Below are positions 44,948 to 54,354 of a DNA stretch of 64,000 bases, in pieces; positions within the stretch are counted from its first letter, which is position 1; every line of letters starts with the position of its first letter. Origin of the DNA: an uncultured Planctomycetales bacterium (GTDB lineage Bacteria; Omnitrophota; Gorgyraeia; Gygaellales; Profunditerraquicolaceae). The stretch covers positions 3,005 to 67,004 of the forward strand of contig CAZAPM010000010.1 of NCBI GenBank assembly GCA_964487475.1, given 5' to 3'. A program made the position numbers and the translations under genes. Under the pieces are notes generated by a model. It did not search any database, had not been told where the DNA came from, and saw only the letters and a list, made by a program, of their open reading frames with translations.

Positions 44948-47725
44948 ATGGCAAAGAAGTATGTGTACAGTTTTGGCGGCGGAAAAGCTGACGGCAACGA
45001 GAGCATGAAGAACCTGCTCGGCGGCAAGGGAGCGAACCTGGCCGAGATGGCGGGACATCCCAACCTGCGCCTGCCCGTTCCTCCGGGATTCACGCTTTCC
45101 ACCGAGGTCTGCACCTACTACTATCAGAATAAAAAGAAATACCCGAAAGAGCTCGACGGCCAGGTGATGAAGGCCCTGGGCCAGGTGGAGAAGCTTATGG
45201 GCCGCACGTTCGGCGACCCGTCGAATCCGCTCCTGGTCTCGGTGCGCTCCGGCGCCCGCAAGTCCATGCCCGGGATGATGGAGACCGTGCTTAACGTCGG
45301 GTTGACCGAGAAGACCATTCCCGGCCTGGTCAGACAGTCCGGCGGCAACGAGCGTTTCGTGTATGACGCCTACCGCCGTCTGATCATGATGTACTCCGAC
45401 GTGGTGATGGAGAAGGCTGCCGGCATCGAGCCCAAGGACGAGATGGGTATCCGCAAGCAGCTCGAGCGCATCATGGACGTGCTGAAGAAATCCAAAGGCT
45501 ATAAGGGCGATACGGACATGACCGCCGCGGACCTGAAGGTCCTCGTGGGTCAGTTCAAGGCCAAGATCAAGGAAGTGCTGGGTAAGGAATTCCCGGACGA
45601 TCCCCTGCAGCAGATGTGGGGAGGTATCGGCGCGGTGTTCGCCAGCTGGAACGGAAAGCGCGCGATCTCCTATCGCCGCATCGAAGGGATACCGGATGAG
45701 TGGGGCACGGCGGTCAACGTCCAGACCATGGTCTTCGGGAACATGGGAGAGGATTCCGCGACTGGTGTGGCTTTCACCCGCAACCCGGGCAACGGCGATC
45801 CGCGTTTTTACGGCGAGTTCCTGATCAACGCCCAGGGCGAGGACGTGGTGGCGGGTATCCGCACCCCGGCGCCCATCAACGAGGCGTCCCAGTCGGATAA
45901 CAACAAGAACCTGACCACCCTCGAGCAGGCGATGCCCAAGCTTTACCAGGAGCTTTTCGCCATTCAGAAGCGCCTGGAGAAGCATTACCGGGATATGCAG
46001 GACCTCGAGTTCACCATCGAAAAAGGCCGCCTGTTCATGCTGCAGTGCCGCGTGGGAAAACGCAACGGCCCGGCCGCAGTGCGCATGGCAGTCGATATGC
46101 TCAACGAGAAGCTCATCACCAAGGAAGACCTGGTCAAGCGCGTCACGCCTGCCCAGCTCGATGAGCTTTTGCATCCTATCATCGAACCGAAGTACGAAGC
46201 GACCAGGAAACCGCTGGCCAAGGGGCTTCCCGCGGGACCGGGCGGAGCCAACGGCCAGATCGTCTTCAACGCTAATGACGCGGTAGCCTGGGCGAAGGAC
46301 GGCAAGAAGGTGATCCTGGTGCGCGAGGAGACCAATCCCGAGGATGTCGAGGGTATGCGCGCGGCGCAGGCGATCTTGACCGCCCGCGGCGGCATGACCT
46401 CGCACGCGGCGCTGGTCGCCCGCGGCTGGGGCAAATGCTGCATCGTCGGATGCGGCGGTATCCACGTGGAAGCGCACAAAAAGGAGATGGTCGTCGAGGG
46501 CGGCAAGGTGCTCAAAGAGGGTGACTGGATCACCTTGAACGGCACCAAAGGCAACGTCTACGAAGGGCAGCTGCCCATGATGGACGCGTCCGCCGAGAAC
46601 GAGCTCCTGAACAGCTTCCTGAAGGTGTGCAATTCCGTCAGGGATATGGGTATCCGCACCAACGCCGATACGCCGGAAGATGCCAGGAAGGCCCGCCAGT
46701 TCGGCGCCGAAGGCATCGGGCTCTTCCGCACCGAGCACATGTTCTACGGGAAAGGTTCCGATCAGCCGCTGTTCCTCCTGCGCAAGATGATCGTCTCCAA
46801 GACGGTCGAGGAGAGGCAGAAGGCGCTGGATGAGCTCTTCCCGTTCGTGAAGAAGGATATCAAGGGCACCATGGAAGCCATGGACGGTTTCCCGGTGGTG
46901 GTCCGTCTGCTGGACCCGCCCCTGCACGAGTTCGTTCCCCGCGAGGCCGCCAAGCTCGAAGAGCTGGCCAAGAACCTCAACATCTCCATGGAGGAGCTTG
47001 CCAAGCGCGCCGAGGGGCTGCATGAGTCCAACCCGATGATGGGGCACCGCGGCGTGCGCTTAGGGGTCACGTACCCCGAGGTCAGCGCCATGCAGATCCG
47101 CGCCATCCTCGAGGCGGCTGCCGAGCTCATCAAGGAAGGCAAAAAGCCGTACCCGGAGATCATGATCCCGGTGGTCTGCACCGAGAAAGAGCTCAATAAT
47201 CAGCTCGATATCGCCAAGCAGATCTACGGCGAGGTGCTCAAGAAGTACGGTTTGAAATCCATGAAGCATATGTTCGGTACCATGATCGAGATCCCCCGCG
47301 CGGCGCTGATCGCCGATAAGCTGGCGGAGACCGCGATGTTCTTCTCGTATGGCACCAATGACCTGACGCAGATGAGCTTCGGGTTCTCCCGCGACGATAT
47401 CGGCGGATTCCTGCCGGATTATATCAACAAGGGGATCCTGCCCGAAGACCCGTTCCAGTCCATCGACCAGACGGGTGTCGGCGAGCTCATCAAGATCGGC
47501 ATCGAGCGCGGCCGCAAGACCCGCAAGGACCTGGAAGTGGGTATCTGCGGCGAGCACGGCGGCGATCCCAGGACGGTGGAGTTCTGCTATAATGTCGGCA
47601 TGAACTACGTCTCCTGCTCGCCTTTCCGCGTGCCGATCGCCAATCTGGCGGCAGCGCAGGCGGCGTTGAAAGCGAAGGCAGTTTCCAAGCCCAAAGCAAA
47701 AGCCAAGGGCAAAAAAAAGAAATAA
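44948..47725 (+). CDS. ppdK: pyruvate, phosphate dikinase with Lys-rich C-terminal tail
   Basis: GGKGANLAEM, the phospho-His region (GGMTSHAALVARGWGKCCIVG) and the PEP-utilising TIM barrel. 925 aa. Tail KAKAVSKPKAKAKGKKKK. Confidence 0.9.
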   Translation: MAKKYVYSFGGGKADGNESMKNLLGGKGANLAEMAGHPNLRLPVPPGFTLSTEVCTYYYQNKKKYPKELDGQVMKALGQVEKLMGRTFGDPSNPLLVSVRSGARKSMPGMMETVLNVGLTEKTIPGLVRQSGGNERFVYDAYRRLIMMYSDVVMEKAAGIEPKDEMGIRKQLERIMDVLKKSKGYKGDTDMTAADLKVLVGQFKAKIKEVLGKEFPDDPLQQMWGGIGAVFASWNGKRAISYRRIEGIPDEWGTAVNVQTMVFGNMGEDSATGVAFTRNPGNGDPRFYGEFLINAQGEDVVAGIRTPAPINEASQSDNNKNLTTLEQAMPKLYQELFAIQKRLEKHYRDMQDLEFTIEKGRLFMLQCRVGKRNGPAAVRMAVDMLNEKLITKEDLVKRVTPAQLDELLHPIIEPKYEATRKPLAKGLPAGPGGANGQIVFNANDAVAWAKDGKKVILVREETNPEDVEGMRAAQAILTARGGMTSHAALVARGWGKCCIVGCGGIHVEAHKKEMVVEGGKVLKEGDWITLNGTKGNVYEGQLPMMDASAENELLNSFLKVCNSVRDMGIRTNADTPEDARKARQFGAEGIGLFRTEHMFYGKGSDQPLFLLRKMIVSKTVEERQKALDELFPFVKKDIKGTMEAMDGFPVVVRLLDPPLHEFVPREAAKLEELAKNLNISMEELAKRAEGLHESNPMMGHRGVRLGVTYPEVSAMQIRAILEAAAELIKEGKKPYPEIMIPVVCTEKELNNQLDIAKQIYGEVLKKYGLKSMKHMFGTMIEIPRAALIADKLAETAMFFSYGTNDLTQMSFGFSRDDIGGFLPDYINKGILPEDPFQSIDQTGVGELIKIGIERGRKTRKDLEVGICGEHGGDPRTVEFCYNVGMNYVSCSPFRVPIANLAAAQAALKAKAVSKPKAKAKGKKKK

Positions 47726-47737
47726 ACCTTGGGACGG

Positions 47738-47842
47738 TTCTGAGCGGCCGGGACCGTTTCGAGCGCATGGAGGTCCATTCTCTGAATACTCGAGCGGACC
47801 GACCTTAAGCGAGAAATGGTCCCGAACGCTCAGAACCGGCTC
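47738..47842. repeat. copy 2 (inverted orientation) of the dispersed palindromic intergenic repeat
   Basis: The reverse complement of 47770-47811 matches 13668-13709 at 37 of 42 positions (ctcgcttaaggt..gctcgagtatt.agagaatgg). Flanking GGGAC/GTCCC arms are also shared. Confidence 0.65.
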
Positions 47843-47853
47843 TAGAGGAACCT

Positions 47854-48681
47854 ATGGAATCATTAAAAGCGTACCTGAAGGAAGTCCGTACCATTCCGCT
47901 GCTGACCGCCGAGCAGGAGGTCGAACTGGCCAAGCGTATCGGCAAGGGCGATGAGCTGGCGCGCAAGGAGATGATCCGTTCCAACCTGCGCCTGGTCATC
48001 AACATCGCCAAGAAGTACATGTACCTGGGGATCCCTTTCCTCGACCTGATCGAAGAGGGCAATCTCGGGCTGATGAAAGCGGTGGACAAGTTCGACCACA
48101 GGAAAGGGTTCCGCTTCTCGACCTATGCCGCCTGGTGGATCAAGCAAAGCATCACCCGCGCCGTCCCCGAGCAGGGCAAGATGATCCGCGTGCCGGTGTA
48201 CATGAACGAGCTGATCACCAAGTGGAAGAAGACCAAGGAGCAGATGACGCAGAAGCTGCACCGTTCGCCTACCGACGAAGAGATCGCTAAAAAGATGAAG
48301 ATCTCCGTGTCCCGGCGGGACCAGATCTCCTTCTGGCTTTCCACCACCACTTCGTCCCTGGATGCTCCCATCGACGACGAGGGGGAGAGCCAGGTCTCCG
48401 ACCTGATCGAGGACCAGGCGGCCATACAGCCTGATTCCGACATCGAGCACCTGCTGGACAAGGAACGGGTGGATAATCTCCTGGAACTGATGAATGACCG
48501 CGAACGCCAGGTGTTGGACATGCGCTTCGGCCTGGAAGAGGAAAAGCCGCATACGCTGGCCGAGGTCGCCGACAAACTGGGTATTTCGCGCGAGCGGGTC
48601 CGCCAGATCGAGGAGGCGGCGCTCAATAAGCTCAGGAAATTCGTCAAAGAACAGGAGAAGGAGTTATGGCGCAGAAATTAG
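47854..48681 (+). CDS. RNA polymerase sigma factor, sigma-70 family (group 2/RpoS-like, lacks region 1.1)
   Basis: Region 1.2 (YLKEVRTIPLLTAEQEVELAKRI), region 2 (FSTYAAWWIKQSI), region 3, region 4 HTH (LAEVADKLGISRERVRQIE). Confidence 0.85.
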   Translation: MESLKAYLKEVRTIPLLTAEQEVELAKRIGKGDELARKEMIRSNLRLVINIAKKYMYLGIPFLDLIEEGNLGLMKAVDKFDHRKGFRFSTYAAWWIKQSITRAVPEQGKMIRVPVYMNELITKWKKTKEQMTQKLHRSPTDEEIAKKMKISVSRRDQISFWLSTTTSSLDAPIDDEGESQVSDLIEDQAAIQPDSDIEHLLDKERVDNLLELMNDRERQVLDMRFGLEEEKPHTLAEVADKLGISRERVRQIEEAALNKLRKFVKEQEKELWRRN

Positions 48682-49199
48682 ACCTCGCTTCTTACGTCCG
48701 CAACATCCCCGATTTCCCCAAACCCGGAATACTCTTTCGAGACATCACCACCCTGATCGCCCACAAGAAAGCCTTCAAGGAAGCCATCCGGCTCCTCGTC
48801 GCGAAGTTCAAGGATAAACGGATCGGATACGTGGTAGGCGTCGAGGCCAGGGGATTCATCTTAGGCGGCGCGATCGCGGAAAAACTGGGGGTCGGGTTCA
48901 TCCCGGTGCGCAAGAAAGGCAAGCTCCCCTGGAAGACGCGCTCGGTCACCTATGAGCTGGAGTACGGCACCGATACCCTGGAGATCCACGAGGACGCGCT
49001 GCCCGCGGGCCGCCGCGTGCTGATCGTCGATGACCTTCTGGCGACGGGCGGGACGGTGGGCGCGGTGTGCAAACTGGTGGAGCAGCAGGGGGCGAAGATC
49101 GTAGCCACCGCGTTCGTGATCGAACTGGTCGACCTGAAGGGCAAAGAAAAGCTCAAGCCTCATTCCGTGGTCTCGCTGATCAAATTCAAGGGGGAGTAG
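48666..49199 (+). CDS. apt: adenine phosphoribosyltransferase
   Basis: PRPP motif VLIVDDLLATGGT. Apt-like N-terminus IPDFPKPGILFRDIT. Confidence 0.88.
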   Translation: MAQKLDLASYVRNIPDFPKPGILFRDITTLIAHKKAFKEAIRLLVAKFKDKRIGYVVGVEARGFILGGAIAEKLGVGFIPVRKKGKLPWKTRSVTYELEYGTDTLEIHEDALPAGRRVLIVDDLLATGGTVGAVCKLVEQQGAKIVATAFVIELVDLKGKEKLKPHSVVSLIKFKGE

Positions 49200-49205
49200 C
49201 CGGTC

Positions 49206-51455
49206 ATGCACTATTCGCTGCTTTGTGCGGTAACTTTTCTCGCGGCATTTTTGCTTTTCCAGATCGAGTTGATCGTCTCCAAAGTGCTGCTGCCGCATTA
49301 CGGGGGCAGTTTCGTGGTGTGGGGCGCGTGCCTGGTCTTCTTTCAGTTCACTCTGCTGCTGGGATACGTGTTCGCGCACCGGGTGGTCCGGCGCATCGGG
49401 GTGGCGCGTTACCGCTGGGCGCATCTGGGGCTGCTTCTGCTTCCCCTGGTGTCTTTTCCGGGCCGCAATCTTTCTCTGGGCAGCGCCTCTTCCGGCATTC
49501 CCCTGGTGGCGGATATCTTCATGGTGCTGGCCTGGTCCATCGGGCTGGTCTTTTTCGCGCTTTCCACCATCAGTGTCTTCTCGCAGGCATATGTGGCGGC
49601 ATCGCGTCTTCCGCAGCGCTCCAATCCGTACCTTCTTTACGCCGTATCGAACCTCGCCTCGTTCCTCGCGCTTTTCACGTACCCGTTACTATGGGAAGTA
49701 TATTTTGACCTCGGACAGCAGCTGTTGATCTGGCGGCTGGGATACGTCGCGTTCGTGCTCTGTTACTGGGCGGTGGCGGCCAAAGTGCCCCTGGAGCCAA
49801 TGTCCGCTCCGGCTGTGCCTGCCGCTGCGGGAGAGGGGGAAGTGCCCTGGTGGAAGAGGCAGTTCGATCTTTCAATGATCCCCCACAAAAAGGTCTACTG
49901 GCTGGTGTTAAGCGCCGCAGGATCGATCCTTTTCCTTTCCGTGAACAATATCATCACCTATGAGATCGTGCCCGGCCCGTTCCTCTGGATCATCCCACTG
50001 TGTCTTTTCCTTTTTTCCTTCACCGCGGCGTTCAGGGAGAAGCCGATCGCCTGTCCCCTCTGGGTATTCGAGAAACCGTACCTGGTGTTCGCCTGCAGCG
50101 TGGCGGTCTTCGTGCTCTACACCACCAGTTTTCTTCCCCTGATCGTCGAAGTGGGGCTTTTCTTTTACCTCCTTTGGATCAGCAGCATGCTTTGCAACCG
50201 CTGGCTGTATGAGTCCAGGCCGGAGGATGTCCGCCAGATGACCTCGTTCTACCTGTGCCTGGCCGTGGGCGGTTTCCTGGGCAGTTTCTTCGTGACCTGG
50301 ATCGTTCCTGTATTCTTCAGGGAAGTGGTGGAGTACGCCTTCGGGTTCTGGTTCCTGGCCGCCGCCTACATTTACCGGCAGGCGTCCCGGGAAAGGTTCT
50401 CCTGGAAGCAGGCGAGGTTTGCCGCGTATATGGGCGTCTTCCTGTTCCTCTGGCTTAAGGTGTATAACGTGAATTATAACGTTTTCGGCGCGGCGCTCCT
50501 GATCTGGGTGCTTTTCAGGGCGTTCCGGCTGTGCAGGGACAACGCCCGGCTGCTGCTTCTGGCCTTGGTGGTATCTTTTTCAACCGTGTATCTGGTCCAG
50601 ATCACCAACTCTCAGATCGTGTTCGTGGCCAGGAATTATTACGGGATATACAAGGTGCTTTCCCCTAAGGGATTCGTAACGCTTAACCACGGTTCGATCA
50701 TCCACGGCGCACAGTCGCTTCAGCCCGAGTACCGTAAGGAGCCGCTGCTGTATTTCTCCCGGCCGACCCCGGTGGGCATGGTGCTGGATTCATCTTTAGG
50801 CGCGTCATTGCGGCGTATCGCCGTGGTCGGGCTGGGAACGGGTACTTTGGCCGCGTACGGCAGGCCGGGCCAGCAGATGGATTTCTATGAGCTTGATCCC
50901 AAGGTGCACGAGATCGCCAAGACCTTTTTCAGCTATCTGGATGATTCTTCCGCCACGATCCGGCATATATTCGGGGATGCCAGGCTCTCTTTGGATAAAG
51001 CGCCGGATGCCTCCTACGACGTCCTTTTGCTGGACGCCTTCAGCGGGGATTCCATCCCGGTGCATCTGATCACCGTGGAGGCCCTCGCGCAGTACCGCCG
51101 GATACTTTCGCCCGGGGGGTTCATCATGGTGCACATAAGCAACCGTTACCTGGACCTGGCGCCCGTGCTTTTCAGCAATGCCGGGGCTGTGGGAGCGAAA
51201 GCATCCTTCCACCGCAACACCATCACCGAAAAGTCGCCTCCCATGTCCCGCAGCATCTCGGATTGGGTGGTGATAACCTGGGATGAGGGGAGGTTTGCCG
51301 AACTTGGGAGGCTGCTCGACCCTGACGGCAATGCGTACAAGCGCCCGGTCAAAGCGGTGAGGCCCTGGACCGATACCTATTCCAACCTTCTGGCAGTGTT
51401 CAAAGCCCGGGATATGGTCTATCCGCTGAAGAAGTTCGCCCCGTTCTCCTGGTAG
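49206..51455 (+). CDS. polytopic membrane domain fused to spermidine-synthase-like (class I SAM-MTase fold) domain
   Basis: About 500 aa of TM helices, then VVGLGTGTLA...VLLLDAFSGDSIPVHLIT, typical of spermidine synthase/aminopropyltransferase. Confidence 0.7.
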   Translation: MHYSLLCAVTFLAAFLLFQIELIVSKVLLPHYGGSFVVWGACLVFFQFTLLLGYVFAHRVVRRIGVARYRWAHLGLLLLPLVSFPGRNLSLGSASSGIPLVADIFMVLAWSIGLVFFALSTISVFSQAYVAASRLPQRSNPYLLYAVSNLASFLALFTYPLLWEVYFDLGQQLLIWRLGYVAFVLCYWAVAAKVPLEPMSAPAVPAAAGEGEVPWWKRQFDLSMIPHKKVYWLVLSAAGSILFLSVNNIITYEIVPGPFLWIIPLCLFLFSFTAAFREKPIACPLWVFEKPYLVFACSVAVFVLYTTSFLPLIVEVGLFFYLLWISSMLCNRWLYESRPEDVRQMTSFYLCLAVGGFLGSFFVTWIVPVFFREVVEYAFGFWFLAAAYIYRQASRERFSWKQARFAAYMGVFLFLWLKVYNVNYNVFGAALLIWVLFRAFRLCRDNARLLLLALVVSFSTVYLVQITNSQIVFVARNYYGIYKVLSPKGFVTLNHGSIIHGAQSLQPEYRKEPLLYFSRPTPVGMVLDSSLGASLRRIAVVGLGTGTLAAYGRPGQQMDFYELDPKVHEIAKTFFSYLDDSSATIRHIFGDARLSLDKAPDASYDVLLLDAFSGDSIPVHLITVEALAQYRRILSPGGFIMVHISNRYLDLAPVLFSNAGAVGAKASFHRNTITEKSPPMSRSISDWVVITWDEGRFAELGRLLDPDGNAYKRPVKAVRPWTDTYSNLLAVFKARDMVYPLKKFAPFSW

Positions 51456-51619
51456 CCGGGATTCCTCTTTACAGCGCCCGCCTAATCGGATATAATTTTG
51501 GGTGTTGTCCCTTGCGTAAACAGAGGTGTGCCGTCCCAGTCGTAAGCAGGCCAAAATTTTAAGAAGCAAAATTTCGGCCTACTCCTGGGACTCCATTAGA
51601 TAAAAGCATAAGGTGTGTC

Positions 51620-51693
51620 GCCCCTGTAGCTCATAAGGATAGAGCAGCGGTTTCCTAAACCGCGTGCGGCAGGTTCGATTCCTGCCAGGGGCA
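51620..51693 (+). tRNA. tRNA-Arg (anticodon CCU)
   Basis: Manual cloverleaf: acceptor GCCCCTG/CAGGGGC, D-stem GCTC/GAGC, anticodon stem GCGGT/ACCGC with loop TTCCTAA, T-arm GCAGG-TTCGATT-CCTGC, discriminator A. CCA is not encoded. Confidence 0.8.
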
Positions 51694-51701
51694 TTAAAAT
51701 C

Positions 51702-52367
51702 ATGTATCCCTACAACCTGCATTGCCATACGCTGTTAAGTGACGGATGCCTGGTGGCCTCGGAGGTCGCGGTCAGGTACGCGGCCGCCGGCTATAAGGCG
51801 ATCGCCATTACCGACCATGCGGATTACAGCAACATCAAAATGGTCCTCCCGGCGGTGTGCGAGTTCGTCAAACAATGGCGCAAGTACGCGCACGTCATCT
51901 CCGTGCTTCCGGGGGTGGAGCTCACCCACGTGCCTCCGCTGCAGTTCAAGCCCCTGGCCGCCTGGGCCAGGAAGAACGGCGCCCAGGTGATCATCGGCCA
52001 CGGCCAAACCCCGGTCGAGCCGGTGTTTGCCGGCACCAACCGTGCCGCGCTCATGGCGGATATCGATATCCTGGCGCACCCCGGGCATATCACCGAGGAG
52101 GATGCGCTCCTGGCAACGCAGAGGGGGATCTTCCTGGAGATCACCAGCCGCCGGGGCCACGGGAACACCAACGCGCATGTGGCATCCATCGCGCAGCGGG
52201 TCGGCGCGAAAGTGTGCATCAACACCGACGGGCATGCTCCGGAGGATATCATCTCTCCCCGGGAACTGGAACAGGTCGGCCGCAAGGCGGGCCTGCGGAC
52301 GGATACCCTCAAACTCAGCCGGCAGCACGTGCTTGAGTTCATCCAGGGCAGGTGCGCGCAGCGATGA
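51702..52367 (+). CDS. PHP-domain (histidinol-phosphatase-like) metal-dependent phosphoesterase
   Basis: LHCHTLLSDG N-terminal His motif and later His/Asp motifs (TDHAD, GHG, DGH). Confidence 0.65.
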   Translation: MYPYNLHCHTLLSDGCLVASEVAVRYAAAGYKAIAITDHADYSNIKMVLPAVCEFVKQWRKYAHVISVLPGVELTHVPPLQFKPLAAWARKNGAQVIIGHGQTPVEPVFAGTNRAALMADIDILAHPGHITEEDALLATQRGIFLEITSRRGHGNTNAHVASIAQRVGAKVCINTDGHAPEDIISPRELEQVGRKAGLRTDTLKLSRQHVLEFIQGRCAQR

Positions 52368-53557
52368 GGCCCTTCCTCCGGAAGGGGTTCGCGCTCATCC
52401 TGCTCTTCCTGTTCGCCGACCTGATATTGCGGCTGGGTTTCTGGGCCGTCGACAAATATCTCTATCCCTCCACGATCGTGCAGCACCTTCCCAAGAAGAT
52501 GGAACGCAATTTCCTGCGCATCGCCCGGACCCCCGAAGAGAGAACTTTCATTTCTGCTTTGTGCCGCGAAGTGGACCTGGCATCTGCCGGGCACTATCAT
52601 CCGTATTTCGGTTGGCAGACCACGCCTTTCCGCGGAAAATATGTGAATATCGGCGAGCACGGCATCCGGGCCACCTGGGTTTCCCCGGAAGCGAAGGAGG
52701 ATGCGTACACCATCTATTGTTTCGGCGGCTCGACCATGCTGGGGCCCTGCCGGGACGAATACACGATACCCTCGCTCCTGGCTAAAACATTATATGCGGC
52801 AGGGTACCGGAATGTCAGGGTGAAGAACTTCGGTTCCGGAGGGTATACGTTCGGCCAGGAGGTGATGCAGCTGGTCCAGGTGCTTAAAGCCGGAGAGGTG
52901 CCCGACTATGTCATCTTCTATGACGGGAACAACGACCTGGTGAGCATCTCTGTCCCGGGCGCCGAGCCCGGATCGGTGATGTTCCTGGGGCTGCTGCGCG
53001 AGAAGTATGCCCGCAAGGAAGGGGACTGGATGGCGTACGGCCGTCAGTTCGCTCACGAGCTGTTCATCCGGCAAAGCGGCTGGCGCAGGTTCTTCTCGCT
53101 GGCGAGGGTCGCGGTGAGTAATATCCGGGGCAGGAACCGGGACCCGGTCGATTTCCGCAGGGCAGAAGAGATGGCCTCCGCAGTGACGGATATGTACGTC
53201 CAAAACGCCCGGCTGGTGGAAAAGCTCTCCCAGGCGTACGGGTTCAAGTATACACTTTTCTGGCAGCCTGTCGCGCCCTTCCAGAAACCGCTTACCGAGA
53301 GGGAGCGTGCCAATATCGGGGATATGCCCAGGTTCATGGCGGCGATTTTCGAGTCGGGGTATCTTCAGGCTGCGGCGCTCTCCGGCAAGGTGCGGAATTT
53401 CCGGGACATTTCCGGGACCTTCCGGGACACGAGAGATGACCGGTATATTGACGTATGCCACGTGAACGAAGAGGGGAACCGGCAGATCGCCGAAACGATG
53501 TTCGCGCACATCCGGGGTGATCTTGAGTCCGGGATGGTTCCCGCACCGCTGCAGTGA
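52352..53557 (+). CDS. membrane-anchored SGNH/GDSL-like hydrolase
   Basis: N-terminal TM. Block I CFGGSTM, block III GxND (FYDGNNDL), and a C-terminal DxxH-like motif (CHVNEEGN). Confidence 0.5.
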   Translation: MRAAMRPFLRKGFALILLFLFADLILRLGFWAVDKYLYPSTIVQHLPKKMERNFLRIARTPEERTFISALCREVDLASAGHYHPYFGWQTTPFRGKYVNIGEHGIRATWVSPEAKEDAYTIYCFGGSTMLGPCRDEYTIPSLLAKTLYAAGYRNVRVKNFGSGGYTFGQEVMQLVQVLKAGEVPDYVIFYDGNNDLVSISVPGAEPGSVMFLGLLREKYARKEGDWMAYGRQFAHELFIRQSGWRRFFSLARVAVSNIRGRNRDPVDFRRAEEMASAVTDMYVQNARLVEKLSQAYGFKYTLFWQPVAPFQKPLTERERANIGDMPRFMAAIFESGYLQAAALSGKVRNFRDISGTFRDTRDDRYIDVCHVNEEGNRQIAETMFAHIRGDLESGMVPAPLQ

Positions 53558-54354
53558 GCTCCTTCCGGAACACCGTCTACCGTTATTACCTCGCTCATGG
53601 CCGGCATACCCTTCCCTGGCGGCTGACCAGGGATCCCTACCGTATCCTGGTCTCCGAGATCATGCTGCAGCAAACCCAGGTGACCCGGGTGATGACGAAA
53701 TATCCCGCGTTCTTAAGCGCATTTCCCGATATCCCCGGTCTGGCAGAGGCATCCCTCGCTGATGTGCTGGGGCAGTGGCAGGGGCTGGGATATAACCGCC
53801 GTGCGCTGGCGCTGCACGCTCTGGCAAAGCAGGTGCAGGAAAGGTACGGGGGAAGGATCCCCAGGCAAAGGGAGGCGCTGCGCACCCTTCCCGGCATCGG
53901 AGAGGCGACCGCAGGTTCGTTGATGGCCTTTGCCTTCAATAAGCCGGTGGTGTTCATCGAAACCAATATCCGCAGCGTCTTCTTGCATCACTTTTTCCGC
54001 GGCCGTTCAGGGGTAGAGGACGGGGAGATCCTTCCGCTGATAGATAAGCATCTCGACCGCAGCGCACCCCGGAAATGGTACTGGGCGCTCATGGATTACG
54101 GGGTATATCTGAAGGGCAGCATCCCTAATCCCAGCCGTAGCAGCGCGCATTACCGCAGGCAATCCCCCTTTTCCGGATCTGACCGCCAGGTGCGCGGCAG
54201 GATTATCCGGGAGCTGCTGGCCTCCAACGGGCTAACACCCCGGGCTTTGTGGGCTAGGCTTAAGGTGGACAAGGAGCGGGGAAAACGCATACTGGCATCG
54301 ATGGCAGGAGAGGGGCTGGTGACGGCAAAGGAGGGGAAATGGAGGATAGCCTGA
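53554..54354 (+). CDS. MutY-like HhH-GPD DNA glycosylase lacking Fe-S cluster cysteines
   Basis: N-terminus YRYYLAHGRHTLPWR...DPYRILVSEIMLQQTQV and HhH LPGIGEATAG. No Cys in the region where MutY/Nth carry Cx6Cx2Cx5C. GTG start overlaps the upstream stop. Confidence 0.65.
   Translation: MSSFRNTVYRYYLAHGRHTLPWRLTRDPYRILVSEIMLQQTQVTRVMTKYPAFLSAFPDIPGLAEASLADVLGQWQGLGYNRRALALHALAKQVQERYGGRIPRQREALRTLPGIGEATAGSLMAFAFNKPVVFIETNIRSVFLHHFFRGRSGVEDGEILPLIDKHLDRSAPRKWYWALMDYGVYLKGSIPNPSRSSAHYRRQSPFSGSDRQVRGRIIRELLASNGLTPRALWARLKVDKERGKRILASMAGEGLVTAKEGKWRIA

Noticed and set aside
44909-47047. 712-aa minus-strand ORF antisense to ppdK
   Set aside because: PPDK on + is full-length with catalytic His and the PEP-utilising barrel. 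The minus frame is H/G/L/R-rich antisense.
51537-51600. Imperfect hairpin GTCCCAG...CTGGGAC upstream of tRNA-Arg, as a possible additional copy of the dispersed repeat
   Set aside because: Shares only the GGGAC/GTCCC arm motif in reversed order and lacks the 42-nt core. More simply explained as the upstream terminator plus the tRNA promoter region (GGATATAAT at about 51494).
50805-52660. Minus-strand ORFs 50805-51569 and 51824-52660
   Set aside because: The first runs antisense through the 3' end of the membrane/spermidine-synthase gene and across the tRNA-Arg region. The second is antisense to the PHP-domain gene. Both are Arg/Pro/Gly-rich with no RBS.
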